A DNA stretch of 64,000 nucleotides from Terrimicrobiaceae bacterium (GCA_044342325.1 JBIIPZ010000007.1:1-64000); one strand, 5' to 3'; counted from the first letter of the stretch, positions 9,800 through 20,073 are shown. Translations and numbers: made by a program. The notes: generated from the sequence alone by a model not told the origin.

Positions 9800-10877
9800 G
9801 GCGGCCTTTCCTGCGGGAGGCGACGATGACAAGCAGCACAAACAAGCCTCCGCTGACAAACATCCAGAATCGGCTTGGTTCGGTTTTTTGAGCGGCTTCA
9901 GAAGGTGCCTTGGTTTGCTGGGTCAACTCCGAGCCGTCCTCTGCATGCTCATGCCCATGCGCCGCGTCGAGGGCCTCTTTTAGCGATAGTGTTCCTCCGC
10001 CGGCAAATGCGAGCGAGTAGGCCCCACGGGTCACGATCTCGTCGGCGGGTAGGAGACCAGACACGATCTCGGCCTTGCTGGCGTTCATACCTCCAACAAC
10101 AACCGGAGTTTTGACAAAGGCATTCGGGATTTCAAAGTCCTTCACATAGACGAAGCGGCTTGAGGCATCCCCTTGCAATGCGACGCGGGGAATTGAAAAA
10201 ACGCCCTCTTTTTTTCCAACGACAATCGAAAACTCGGCACGCATTCCTGGTCGAAGGGCAAAATCGGGATTGTTGACATGGAAGGCCGCTTCAACCGTGT
10301 CGCTCGCGGCATCCGCCACTGCCCCCAGATGCTCTAATTCCGCATCGAAAGTTCTGCTAGGGACCGCTGAGACGGAAATGCGTGCGGCTTGTCCTTGTTT
10401 CAGTTGCCCCGCCAGATGCTGCGGCACACGGGCGATGGCGTAGACTTCCGAAAGATCCAAAACCTCCGCGAGCACCTTCTCGGGATCAACCGGCTCGCCC
10501 GGCGCGATGTGGGTCTCGCTCACGAGTCCCGAGATCGGGGAGGGGAGGGCGATGGTGGGCGGTGGGTTGCCCGGTTGCCGGCTCTCCACCAGAATGGCAG
10601 TCTGTCCTTTTTCGATCGGGTGGTCGTTTTTGATATAAACTTCGAGGGCGCGCCCGGGAACCCGACTGCTGATCACCGCGCGACGGCCGGGATAGACTTC
10701 GATTTCTCCCAGTGCAAAAACGCTCTCCTCAAAGGTCGTTTCCTCGACGACTTGAGTTTCGATGCGTAGGTTTTTTACCCCGTTTTCATCGAGGATGACG
10801 GTTTTGCTCGCGCTCGATCCTGTGGCTGCCAGTAGGGTGGATGAGGCAAGGAGGAATAGTAAAAAAATCGGTTTCAT
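9789..10877 (-). CDS. RND periplasmic adaptor subunit (CzcB/CusB-like) with His-rich linker and C-terminal TM helix
   Basis: SPISGLV lipoyl-like motif, LRPGMRAEF, position between TolC and RND genes. Confidence 0.9.
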   Translation of the reverse strand: MKPIFLLFLLASSTLLAATGSSASKTVILDENGVKNLRIETQVVEETTFEESVFALGEIEVYPGRRAVISSRVPGRALEVYIKNDHPIEKGQTAILVESRQPGNPPPTIALPSPISGLVSETHIAPGEPVDPEKVLAEVLDLSEVYAIARVPQHLAGQLKQGQAARISVSAVPSRTFDAELEHLGAVADAASDTVEAAFHVNNPDFALRPGMRAEFSIVVGKKEGVFSIPRVALQGDASSRFVYVKDFEIPNAFVKTPVVVGGMNASKAEIVSGLLPADEIVTRGAYSLAFAGGGTLSLKEALDAAHGHEHAEDGSELTQQTKAPSEAAQKTEPSRFWMFVSGGLFVLLVIVASRRKGRHAK

Positions 10878-12139
10878 GGATTGGTCTTGGATTCGCCGAG
10901 GGCGCTCAGCCACTCGCTGTAGGCGAGGAAATACGCTTTGCGGGCTTCGAGATCGGAGAGTTCGATTTCAGCGAGGCGGTCACGCGCTCGAAAAACGGCT
11001 TGGAGGTCCACCTCGCCACGGCCATAGGCCGCCTCACAGTCCCGGATATGCTCGTTAGCGGTGGGAAGAACCTTGGCGCCGAATTCCGAAGCGGACCGGA
11101 AACGGAGGGACATGACGCGATAGGTCAGAAGAATTTGGTTCTGCACGGCGAAGCGGAGGGATTCCAATCTCGCGCCCATGCGTTTGCGTGCAGCCTCTTT
11201 TTCAGCAACCTTGCCGGAGCCGCTTTGCCAGAGGGGCAGGGGAATGCTGAGCTTCAGACCTGCGAGTGCCTCGGGCTCGATGCCCGTGGGGTCGTTTCGA
11301 AATCTTTCCCCTTCCACAAAGACTCCCACGCCCACATCGTCCCAGCTCGTGGCTTTCGAGAGCGAGACATGGGTTTCGCCAGATTGCACAGCCATTTCCG
11401 CGAGTTCCAAGTCCGCCCGCATCCCCGCAGGCCTTGACGCTGGAACAGACTTCGGGAGGTTGAGCTTTTGATTGAGGGTAAAACTGGTGTCCGCCGGCAG
11501 TCCGAGCCATTCGCTCAGTCGGGCGGAGGCTTCCATTTCCAAGCCGCGCAGAGATTCCGCCTTTGTTTGGAGATTGGATGCGGACAGCTTTGCTTCCTGC
11601 AAATCGAGTTTTGATCGGAATCCGGCATCAACGCCCTCGGCCACGGTTTTCGTGAAAGCTTCTGCCAACTCTGCCTGCCGACTTGAAATCGCGAGCGCCT
11701 CGCGCGCAGCGGCGAGATCATAGAAGGCCTTTCTAACGGCCAAGGTGAGTTGCCATTCTTTCTCCCGCACTTCCAATCCTGCCATCTGCACATCCAAACT
11801 GGAAAGCTTTCGCTCAAAACGAAGTCGGCCTGTCAGGGGGAATCTCTGCATGATTCCTGCAACGACACGTCCTTCAAAATCCTGCCCGGCGGCGACCTCG
11901 GCTTCCAACTCCGGGTTCGCCAGGATACCAGCTCCGCGGGCCCGGCCCTCCGCCTCTTGGACGAGAAACCTCGCGGCTGCGAGTTCCTTGTTTCCTTTTA
12001 TGGCCAGTGCCACCGCAGAGTCCGCTGTGAGCGGGATTTTAGATGGTTCAGCCCGCAGCGGTGGGAAGGCGCCTCCCAGAATCAGGCAAAAAATGGCGAT
12101 CGCGCACGGCAGTCTGAAAGTGAATGGAAAGGGCCTCAC
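10874..12139 (-). CDS. TolC/CzcC family outer membrane efflux protein
   Basis: Signal peptide, NPELE, LSIPLPLW, helical repeats; operon context. Confidence 0.9.
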   Translation of the reverse strand: MRPFPFTFRLPCAIAIFCLILGGAFPPLRAEPSKIPLTADSAVALAIKGNKELAAARFLVQEAEGRARGAGILANPELEAEVAAGQDFEGRVVAGIMQRFPLTGRLRFERKLSSLDVQMAGLEVREKEWQLTLAVRKAFYDLAAAREALAISSRQAELAEAFTKTVAEGVDAGFRSKLDLQEAKLSASNLQTKAESLRGLEMEASARLSEWLGLPADTSFTLNQKLNLPKSVPASRPAGMRADLELAEMAVQSGETHVSLSKATSWDDVGVGVFVEGERFRNDPTGIEPEALAGLKLSIPLPLWQSGSGKVAEKEAARKRMGARLESLRFAVQNQILLTYRVMSLRFRSASEFGAKVLPTANEHIRDCEAAYGRGEVDLQAVFRARDRLAEIELSDLEARKAYFLAYSEWLSALGESKTNP

Positions 12140-12148
12140 GCGATCTTC

Positions 12149-12175
12149 AACGAGAGCGAATCGATAAATCCCTCA
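12149..12175 (-). promoter_or_regulatory. Putative ECF sigma promoter TGAGGG-N17-CGTT upstream of tolC
   Basis: Same -35/-10 motifs and 17-nt spacing as 13554-13580. Confidence 0.65.
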
Positions 12176-12733
12176 CGCGTTTTGATTTTTCCCGAGAAAA
12201 TTCCGAAGCTTAGCGCGGGCGCGGTAGCATTTCACTTCCACAGCCTTCGCGGAAATCCCCAAACGCCGCCCGGCATCTTCGTGGGACATCCCTTCCAACG
12301 CCGTCAGCACCAGAGGCTCGCGCAGGTGAATGGGAAGATCAGCTATGGCATCCTGTAGGAGTTCCGTGGCCTCAGCCTGCAAGCCGCTGGCTGGGGATTC
12401 CGGCATGTTCCGGGCTTCATTCAGCGGGATGTTTTGGCTCTGCTGCCGCTGCGCGCGGCTTCGGAAATAATCCAAGCAGAGGTTGCGGGCTATTCGATAG
12501 AGCCAGGCTGCAAAGGGGGCTCGCGGCCGATATTGCTGAATCTGGAAAAATGCGCGCACAAAGGTCTCCTGAGCCAGTTCCTCCGCATCGCGGTGGTTTC
12601 CCGTCATTCGCCAAATGAAGCCCGTCACCTCCGCGTGGTGCCGTTTCATAAGCAGATCGAGCGCCGCAGTGTCACCAGCCTGCAAGGCGGCGACATCCGG
12701 CCAATCCGGATCCTGGGTGATGGCTTCCGGCAT
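12173..12733 (-). CDS. ECF RNA polymerase sigma factor (CnrH-like)
   Basis: DAEELAQETFVRAF, WLYRIARNLCLD, region-4 HTH LEGMSHEDAGRRLGIS. Confidence 0.92.
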   Translation of the reverse strand: MPEAITQDPDWPDVAALQAGDTAALDLLMKRHHAEVTGFIWRMTGNHRDAEELAQETFVRAFFQIQQYRPRAPFAAWLYRIARNLCLDYFRSRAQRQQSQNIPLNEARNMPESPASGLQAEATELLQDAIADLPIHLREPLVLTALEGMSHEDAGRRLGISAKAVEVKCYRARAKLRNFLGKNQNA

Positions 12734-12739
12734 GCCGAA

Positions 12740-13192
12740 TCAGTCCCGGCGGGTGTTTTCGGAGAGACCTTGGACAGTCAACTCGATGAGTCGCTCGTAT
12801 TGCTCCGCATCCAAGACCTCCTTCAACTCGAAGATGTGCTCCAAGGTCGCCTTTTGGAGTTGTCCCATGGCGCTGTGGATTTCGGCAACAGACTTCTCCA
12901 CGGAAGGCGAGTAGGACTTGTCCTTTAGAATGCTCTCGGCCAGCTCGCTGTTAGCCAATCGGATGACTTCCTCGAGGTGCCGCTTCGTCTCTTCATAGCG
13001 TCGCTCGGATGTCAGGCTGCGTCGTTCCTGCTCCGCAGTCATGTTCAGCTTTTTATGAATCCACGCGTGGTAGTCCTCCGCTGGATAAGCCTCATCCCTG
13101 CTCACAATTCTGAGGGTAAGGAACGAACTCGCTGCGGAAATGATCGCAATCGCCACCAGAGCGAAAGCCAGAGGCAGGAGTCTTGGTCTCAT
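12740..13192 (-). CDS. Periplasmic heavy-metal sensor (CnrX-like)
   Basis: N-terminal TM anchor, YHAWIHKKL, IHSAMGQLQKATLEH helical His/Met motif. Confidence 0.8.
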   Translation of the reverse strand: MRPRLLPLAFALVAIAIISAASSFLTLRIVSRDEAYPAEDYHAWIHKKLNMTAEQERRSLTSERRYEETKRHLEEVIRLANSELAESILKDKSYSPSVEKSVAEIHSAMGQLQKATLEHIFELKEVLDAEQYERLIELTVQGLSENTRRD

Positions 13193-13542
13193 TTCCTTGA
13201 TGCCAAAAAATGACTCGGCAGTCCCGAAGCGGAATAAGAGAAAACACCGAGATCAAGGTTTCGTAACGCAACGCGGGAATTCTTGATGTCCGGCGCGGAC
13301 CAAATCCCTAGTGCCACTCCCACGCAGGCCGCCACACAGAAGGCAGGCAAAGCAAGGCGACTGACGCCAAGATCAAACAAACCCCACCGCCAAAAAGATG
13401 CGGGAGTCGAAATGCACTCCACCGCCTGACGATGGCGAATTTCCCGCCACACGCCGGAGCGAAAACTTTCAAAGTTCGGTCTATCCCGATTGGTAGAGGC
13501 CAACTTGGATAGGTCGCGTTCAAGAGGATCGATGGGCTTCAT
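13189..13542 (-). CDS. Putative anti-sigma factor (CnrY-like)
   Basis: Small protein with VWREIR motif and one TM helix, first gene of the sensor-sigma unit. Confidence 0.65.
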   Translation of the reverse strand: MKPIDPLERDLSKLASTNRDRPNFESFRSGVWREIRHRQAVECISTPASFWRWGLFDLGVSRLALPAFCVAACVGVALGIWSAPDIKNSRVALRNLDLGVFSYSASGLPSHFLASRK

Positions 13543-13553
13543 ATACCTCTCCT

Positions 13554-13580
13554 AACGTAATACCCCTCCCAATCCCCTCA
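13554..13580 (-). promoter_or_regulatory. Putative autoregulatory ECF promoter TGAGGG-N17-CGTT
   Basis: Matches 12149-12175; ends 11 nt before the anti-sigma ATG. Confidence 0.65.
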
Positions 13581-13681
13581 AAATTTCTTGGCATTGGCAC
13601 GCATCTCAACTCTGCGTGTGCTTTTCAGGTGGTAAACATTACGCTGTTTTTTTCACGCCACTTATAGGTAGCGCTTCGGTA

Positions 13682-14113
13682 TCAGTTTTGTGGAGGCTCT
13701 GCGCGTTGATTTTTCTGTTCAATCATCTCCGCGCGACGCATCGGCATTTCATCGATGAAAGCTAACCATTTCTCGAGATCCAACTTGCCGGAGCAGCGTG
13801 CCGCCTCGCCGCCGTCTTTGCCGATCAAAACAAACGTGGAGAGCGTTTCACCCGCACCGATGCGAAGTTGTTTTCGCACGATCTCGGTCTGCGAGGGATT
13901 CAATCGCACAGCAGTAGAAATTTTTTGTTTCCCCTCTGAGACATCGATGATTTTCAGGTGGCGCTCTTCGATCTTATCGCGATTCCCAGCAAACATCGCG
14001 CTCACTTGTTCGACAACCTCTGCTTGCGGAATCGAAACGACAATCAAGCGGTTCTCGTAGCGATAAACATCGAGCGGTTCGGCCAAAGCCGCATGGCAGA
14101 GGATCGTCATCAT
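13682..14113 (-). CDS. DUF4174-like small protein
   Basis: NRLIVV, FVLIGKDGGE, IDEMPMRRAEM motifs; start uncertain. Confidence 0.75.
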   Translation of the reverse strand: MMTILCHAALAEPLDVYRYENRLIVVSIPQAEVVEQVSAMFAGNRDKIEERHLKIIDVSEGKQKISTAVRLNPSQTEIVRKQLRIGAGETLSTFVLIGKDGGEAARCSGKLDLEKWLAFIDEMPMRRAEMIEQKNQRAEPPQN

Positions 14114-14201
14114 GGCAGTGAGAAAAGTGAGACGCGCGCCCCGCAGAGTCTGGCGCAGGTTATCAGCTTGTCCGGAGAGAGGTTTCAAGTCGGGTGGGCA
14201 A

Positions 14202-14597
14202 TTATTTTTTCGATTTCGTCCGCGCCTTTCGCGGACGGCCCGGTCGTTTATCGCTTTCGAGCACATATCCCATCAAGCTATACAGTGGCGAATCCGCCCC
14301 ATGCTGAGGGTCGGCCCGCACGGCAAAGACCACTCCGTTCGCAAGCGTATGGCATTTCTTATCAAGCAACGCGCGGTTATGAATGAGCGCCAGGGTTTCT
14401 CGCTTGAGCACTTCAAGTCGCTCGCGCACTTCTTTTGCGCTTCGAACAACATCTTCAAATTCCTGCAGCGACATACCGTAAAAGGAATCTTCCGGCGCCT
14501 GGGATTGCCACGCCGATAAGATTTTTTCGACACGCTTTACAACGCGACCGGGATTTTTCCGAAAAGATTGCATGAACATCAGACTTAAATCATCCAA
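14202..14597 (-). CDS. Hypothetical basic helical protein
   Basis: Clean ORF with GMSLQEF, HGADSPLYSLMGYV and K/R-rich tail; start may be 14573 or 14579. Confidence 0.65.
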   Translation of the reverse strand: MDDLSLMFMQSFRKNPGRVVKRVEKILSAWQSQAPEDSFYGMSLQEFEDVVRSAKEVRERLEVLKRETLALIHNRALLDKKCHTLANGVVFAVRADPQHGADSPLYSLMGYVLESDKRPGRPRKARTKSKK

Positions 14598-14840
14598 TGC
14601 TCAAGCAACAGAACATTTCCGCGCATTGGCACGGTCATCCCACGCTCGGTAATGACCTGATCCCTAAGCAACAAATGATTTCCCAGCGATTTTGTGCTCA
14701 AACCTTACCTCGGATGACCCAAACAACGCTTTGGATGACCACTTCAACACACGGTATGAGCGTTGCAGCGCAAAAGATGCCCCCGACGATGCAACGAAAT
14801 ACTTTGATGCATAAGCAACCGAGCATTTCAACGCCTTGGC
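14597..14840. repeat. Degenerate 21-nt-period tandem array
   Basis: AAGCAAC at 14603, 14666, 14813 (offsets 63 and 210); ATG at 14714, 14735, 14756, 14777. Confidence 0.55.
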
Positions 14841-15021
14841 GCGTCCTTCCCGTCCTCTGTCTGGCATCGTCCGTGTCCTGTCCGAAGAGTGGGGTGGGTG
14901 GCTCGCCTGCCAAAAGGTGGTTTACGCTCGCAAGCGAGGACGCCAGCGCTGCATTCAAAAGTCCAAAAGCAACCTAGTTTTGGTATGAGAGTTTTGAATT
15001 TCTGTAGAAAAAATGGTCTAC

Positions 15022-17613
15022 TCACTCCAGTCCCACACGGGCGCGTTGGAGTTCGGAGAGGCGGTTGATCCAGTCTTGTTGGCGCTGGCGGTGTTCGGCG
15101 ACGACTTCGGCGGGGGCGTTTTGGACGAAGGTTTCGCTGGCCAGCTTGCGGGCGACTTTTTCGATTTCGGCTTCGACTTTGGTGATCTCTCCATCGAGGC
15201 GTTTTTTTTCCGTGGCAGGATCGATGATGCCTTCCAGCGGGAGGTAGATCGTGCCGATGTCCGTTGGACAAGCGGCATGGCCTTGCGGAGCGGTTTCACA
15301 GAAGGCGAGGGATTCCGCATGCAGCAGGATCGAGAGGACCTGGGCCTCGTTTTTGACCCAATCGGCCGATGGGGTGAGCTGCCAAGGCAGGCGTTTGTTG
15401 CCGGGAATGCCATAGGTCGCACGGATGTTTCGAGCCTGTGAGACCGAGGCAAAAACGGCTGCGGAGCGAGGGTCGGTGGTGAATCCAGCGGTCTGCGGCC
15501 AGTCGCTATGCATGAGGCTGTCAGTGCCAAGACCGAGTCCGCTCCAGAGTTCCTCGGTGATAAATGGCGCGTAGGGATGGAGGAGTTGGAGGATGCGTTT
15601 AATGGTGTAATCCAGCGTGGCCAGTGTCCCAGCGCGGCGAGGGGAGTCGGTGGCGAAGTCCGCCTTGGCGACTTCGATGAAGCGGTCGCAGAAATCCCCC
15701 CAGACGAAGTCATAGAGCGCTTGGGCGATATCGCTGAAACGGTAGGCTTCGTAGCCTTCGTTGACACGCCGAATGGTGCCATCGAGGCGGCCGAGAAGAT
15801 CGCTGGCGAAGAGGGAGAGTTCGTGTTTCGAGGGATCCGCATTAGGATCCAGCGGACCCTGCATTTGACGGAACCGGCAGGCGTTCCAGAGCTTGTTGCA
15901 GAAATTTCGTCCCTCGACGATTTGCTGTTCGTCGAACTTGATATCCTGACCCTGTGGAGCGATGCGCAGGAGTCCAAAGCGGATGCCATCCGCGCCGTAT
16001 TTCGCGATGAGGTCAAGCGGATCAGGCGAATTGCCGAGACTCTTGGACATTTTGCGGCCCTGCTTGTCGCGGATGATGCCGGTGAAGTAGACATCCTTGA
16101 AGGGAACCTGCCCGGTGTATTCGAGGCTCGCCATGATCATGCGGGCGACCCAGAAAAAGATGATGTCTGGGCCGGTAACCAGCACGCTGGTCGGGAAGAA
16201 TTTCGCCAGCGCGGCGGGTTCCATCGTCTCATGCGCCCACAGCCACGAGGAGAACCAGGTGTCGAGCACATCAGAGTCCTGCACCCAGCCATCGCCGGGC
16301 GACTCGATCTGGCATTTTGCATTTTCCGCATTGATCTCACCCGCCGGATACCAGACGGGGATACGGTGGCCCCACCAGAGCTGGCGGGAGATGCACCAGT
16401 CTTGGATGTTTTCGAGCCAGTGGTCGTAAACTTTTTCCCAGCGGTCGGGAAAGAAGCGGATGAGGTGCTTCCGCACGGCGTCGCGGGCTTCGACAGTCTT
16501 CGGATATTTTAAAAACCACTGCTCGGAGAGGCGAGGCTCGATTGGCACATCGGCGCGTTCGCTGAAGCCGACATTGTTTTCGTGGGGTTCCTCTTTAACG
16601 AGGAGCCCGAGTTCGCGGAGCTTATCCACCGCTTTTGTGCGGGCTTCAAAGCGGTCGAGGCCTGCGAATTCGTCGCCGGCGAGGTCATTCAGCGTGGCGT
16701 CGGGATTGAAAATATCAACGACAGGCAGGCTGTGACGCAGGCCGATCTCGTAGTCGGTTTTGTCGTGCGCTGGAGTCACCTTCAATACACCCGTGCCGAA
16801 TTCAAAATCCACCGCCTCGTCTCCGATGATCGGCAGCAGGGCTTCGACGCCGGCGGGGAGGGGACGGCGCACATGGAGTCCGATGAGTGCGGTGTAGCGG
16901 GGGTCCTTCGGATTCACAGCCACGGCGGCATCCGCCATGATCGTCTCCGGGCGGGTGGTGGCGATTTCCAGATAGGTGCCGGGTTTTTCCACGACCTCGA
17001 CTTTGTAGTGGTAGAAAAATCCTTTTTGGTTTTTCGGAATGACTTCCTCGTCGCTGAGCGCTGTAAGCGAGACGGGGCACCAGTTCACCATTCGCTTGCC
17101 ACGATAGATCATCCCCTTGGCGTGGAGATCAACGAAAACCTCCTGCACCTTGTGCGCATAGGCTTCATCCATCGTGAAGCGCTCGCGAGTCCAGTCGCAG
17201 GAGCAACCGAGCTTCTTAAGTTGGTTGATGATGATGCCGCCGTGCTTCTCCTTCCACTCCCAGACGCGTTTTAGGAACTCATCGCGGCCAAGGTCGTGTC
17301 GTGTCTTTTTCTCCTCCTTGCGCAGTTTGCGCTCCACGACGGTCTGCGTGGCAATGCCAGCGTGATCGGTGCCTGGCAGCCAGAGAACCTCATGCCCTGT
17401 CTGGCGCGCGCGGCGGGCGAGGATGTCCTGAAGCGTGTTGTTGAGAACATGTCCGAGAGTGAGAACGCCGGTAACATTCGGCGGCGGGATGACGATCGAG
17501 TAAGCGGGCTTCGGAGAAGCAGGGTCAGCGGTAAAGAGACCGTTTTGGATCCACCAGGAATACCATTTATCTTCGACGGCTTGCGATTCGTAGGCTTTGT
17601 GCAGTTCGGACAT
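15022..17613 (-). CDS. valS: Valine--tRNA ligase
   Basis: PPPNVTG, PGTDHAGIATQ, DWCISRQLWWGH, KMSKS, C-terminal coiled coil. Confidence 0.98.
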   Translation of the reverse strand: MSELHKAYESQAVEDKWYSWWIQNGLFTADPASPKPAYSIVIPPPNVTGVLTLGHVLNNTLQDILARRARQTGHEVLWLPGTDHAGIATQTVVERKLRKEEKKTRHDLGRDEFLKRVWEWKEKHGGIIINQLKKLGCSCDWTRERFTMDEAYAHKVQEVFVDLHAKGMIYRGKRMVNWCPVSLTALSDEEVIPKNQKGFFYHYKVEVVEKPGTYLEIATTRPETIMADAAVAVNPKDPRYTALIGLHVRRPLPAGVEALLPIIGDEAVDFEFGTGVLKVTPAHDKTDYEIGLRHSLPVVDIFNPDATLNDLAGDEFAGLDRFEARTKAVDKLRELGLLVKEEPHENNVGFSERADVPIEPRLSEQWFLKYPKTVEARDAVRKHLIRFFPDRWEKVYDHWLENIQDWCISRQLWWGHRIPVWYPAGEINAENAKCQIESPGDGWVQDSDVLDTWFSSWLWAHETMEPAALAKFFPTSVLVTGPDIIFFWVARMIMASLEYTGQVPFKDVYFTGIIRDKQGRKMSKSLGNSPDPLDLIAKYGADGIRFGLLRIAPQGQDIKFDEQQIVEGRNFCNKLWNACRFRQMQGPLDPNADPSKHELSLFASDLLGRLDGTIRRVNEGYEAYRFSDIAQALYDFVWGDFCDRFIEVAKADFATDSPRRAGTLATLDYTIKRILQLLHPYAPFITEELWSGLGLGTDSLMHSDWPQTAGFTTDPRSAAVFASVSQARNIRATYGIPGNKRLPWQLTPSADWVKNEAQVLSILLHAESLAFCETAPQGHAACPTDIGTIYLPLEGIIDPATEKKRLDGEITKVEAEIEKVARKLASETFVQNAPAEVVAEHRQRQQDWINRLSELQRARVGLE

Positions 17614-17679
17614 GACGCGCGGCATTGTGCAAGGATTCGCGCATCATTCAATCGGCTTCTCGGGAATCCTCGGTGGCTT

Positions 17680-20073
17680 TTAAAAAAATCGGTTAGCCTG
17701 CATGGTGTCCTTTTGATCGCTACCCACAATCTGGATCGAGTAACCCATCTCGCGGTAGGCTGCGGTTCGCTTGCGATACATTTGCGCTGTGAGTGGGTGG
17801 TCGGGTTCCACATAGTCGTAGATTCGCACGGACTTCTTCCTTTCGGGAAACCTGTGAAGTCGTCCGGCATATTGAATCAATCGGCCTTTGAAGGAGATCG
17901 GCATGGCAAGGAAAAGCGTGTCGAGTTCCGGCATATCAAACCCCTCGCCGAGTAAGGAGGCGGTCGCGAGAAGTGCAAATGGTCGCCCCTCGGACGCTCT
18001 CGAGCGCAGGTTGGCAAGAGTGGTCGTCCTTAGTTTCTGATTGGTTGAACCATCGATTCGGCAAATGCTTTCCTCAGGCAGTTTCTCGCGCAGCAAGGAT
18101 TCAAGGGTATTGAGGTGTTCTTTGCGGTCGCTCAGTAGGGCACAAAATCTTTGCTCTTTTAGAGCGGCGGAGACATCCGATGCGATGGCGCGATTTCTTT
18201 CGCTGGATTGAATAAGATGTTCCCAGATTTGATGGATCGGAAGGCGATCCGTCCCTGCAGGGAGGCGTAGGGAAAATTCCCTCACAAACACAGTTCTCGA
18301 CTGCTCCTCGGAATGATCGAGATCAATTCGGTGACGGATGGGGCCGCATTGGAGAAAGAGGATTTTTTGTAATCCGTCTTTTCGATTTGGTGTGGCAGTT
18401 AATCCCAAAATGTAGCGGGCTGCGCAGCGTTTCATCGCAGCTTCGAAAGACGCCGCTGGCACATGATGGCATTCGTCGATGATGACATGTCCATACTTTG
18501 CAAGCAGAGCCTCGGGGAACTCCGACCGTGCCAGCGTGGGGAACATTCCTAGGGCCACGGGAGCATCGGGGTAGCGCGCTTTGCCTAAAATATGAATCTC
18601 GTTTTTTGAGAGCCCGAGAAATTTCTGAAGCCGATCGCTCCATTGATCGAGAAGCTGTTTGCGATGAACCAAAATCAATGTGGGCGTTTCTCGGCGGGCA
18701 ATGGCTGCGCAGGCCATCACGGTTTTTCCAGCGCCCGGAGGGGCGACAAGAACGCCCTCCTCATGCCCCAACATGGCATCGACGGCGGTATTTTGGATGG
18801 CTGTAAGAGTCCCAGTGAAGGAAAGATCACCCGTTGCAGGATCAGGTCGCTTGTCGATGATTTCAACCTTTCCGCCTGCCTTTGAAACAAGCTTTTCGAT
18901 GTCATGCAGGGTTCCTCTCGGGAGCACCAATTTGTCGTCATGCTCCTCTCCGCAGAAGATGAATCGCGGAATGTTTATTGTCGGAAAACGAAGCCGCTGT
19001 TTTTCATAAAAAAGTGGATTGGCGATTGTCCCGAGGCGTTTGAGCGCTGCTCCAAGACTTGCTGGCAGATCAGAGAGAGGAATGGCGATTTGCGAATTTC
19101 TAATCAATTTCAGCGTCCCTTTGAAATCCCCTCGTCGAACGGCTTGTGGAATCACATTCAATGCGCTCTCGTCAAAATTCAGCGATACGGACTCCGTGGT
19201 TTCGATGTCTTTCTCGGGACTGCAACTGGTTTCAAGAAGTCGCTGCAATTCGGTTAAATCGATTTTTTGGAGACTCGCCAAATAGGCCCACTGATCGGAA
19301 ACAGGCGCAAAATTTTCATCCAGAAAAAGTGTGTGACCCGATTTCCGAGGCTCCTGCTGGAGCGGCAGCGCTATGAGATTTCCGAAACCACCTTTGGGGC
19401 ATGTATCCTGATTTGGGAAAAATCGATCGTAGGTCGAGAGCTTCATGCCCCGGTGAAACGACGAAGCGCGAGCAACAATGAGCGTTCCAAGCCTGCGTGC
19501 CAGAACTGCTGGCACAGGATTTGCAAAGAAAATCCAAGCATGCCCGCCGTTGCCTGATCTCGAACGCTCCACGCCAACAGAAATCCCCATTTGTTCTGCT
19601 GCGCGGCGGTAGGCCTCGATGTCCTGCATCCACCCGTCGCCATCGAAATCCGCTGCCAGAAAAATACAACGATCGTCCTCCCGGATCGCATAGGTTCCGA
19701 TGGTGTGGCGTCCGGTGAGATGCGAATGGATCGCCAAATGATCGAGCGGTGGAAAATTCTGGTTCGGGCAATCCGAGCATTTCACGCGTGGCTTTTCACA
19801 GACTCCATGAACCCATTCATTACTGCAGGCTGGCGAATACCCTTTCGAGCCCTTTTTCCGGTTGATCCAAAGTTTCGGATAAACTGACCGGCGCGCACCA
19901 AAAAGGCTCAGGAACAAATCGATCTTTTCCTCATTGGTGTTGCCGAGAGGCAATTCAGGAGAATCCGCTGCACGGCGAATATCGCGCATTTCTGCAAGCA
20001 ATCCCTGCCTGCGAGCTTCGAGACCATGAAGCTCCGCCTCTATTTCTTTGATGCGATCGCCAGAGGCTTTCAT
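17680..20073 (-). CDS. Archaeo-eukaryotic-primase-like domain fused to SF2 (DExH, type III restriction Res-like) helicase
   Basis: N-terminal Cys cluster, FLAADFD, RSRSGNGGHAW, GNLIALPL; helicase APPGAGKT, IIDECHH, TAT, QYAGRLHR. Confidence 0.85.
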   Translation of the reverse strand: MKASGDRIKEIEAELHGLEARRQGLLAEMRDIRRAADSPELPLGNTNEEKIDLFLSLFGARRSVYPKLWINRKKGSKGYSPACSNEWVHGVCEKPRVKCSDCPNQNFPPLDHLAIHSHLTGRHTIGTYAIREDDRCIFLAADFDGDGWMQDIEAYRRAAEQMGISVGVERSRSGNGGHAWIFFANPVPAVLARRLGTLIVARASSFHRGMKLSTYDRFFPNQDTCPKGGFGNLIALPLQQEPRKSGHTLFLDENFAPVSDQWAYLASLQKIDLTELQRLLETSCSPEKDIETTESVSLNFDESALNVIPQAVRRGDFKGTLKLIRNSQIAIPLSDLPASLGAALKRLGTIANPLFYEKQRLRFPTINIPRFIFCGEEHDDKLVLPRGTLHDIEKLVSKAGGKVEIIDKRPDPATGDLSFTGTLTAIQNTAVDAMLGHEEGVLVAPPGAGKTVMACAAIARRETPTLILVHRKQLLDQWSDRLQKFLGLSKNEIHILGKARYPDAPVALGMFPTLARSEFPEALLAKYGHVIIDECHHVPAASFEAAMKRCAARYILGLTATPNRKDGLQKILFLQCGPIRHRIDLDHSEEQSRTVFVREFSLRLPAGTDRLPIHQIWEHLIQSSERNRAIASDVSAALKEQRFCALLSDRKEHLNTLESLLREKLPEESICRIDGSTNQKLRTTTLANLRSRASEGRPFALLATASLLGEGFDMPELDTLFLAMPISFKGRLIQYAGRLHRFPERKKSVRIYDYVEPDHPLTAQMYRKRTAAYREMGYSIQIVGSDQKDTMQANRFF

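Noticed and set aside
14597..14840. Possible CRISPR array or coding ORF (126 aa) in the periodic region
   Set aside because: No identical repeats with unique spacers and no cas genes; the ORF has no recognisable motif, so it is kept only as a degenerate repeat
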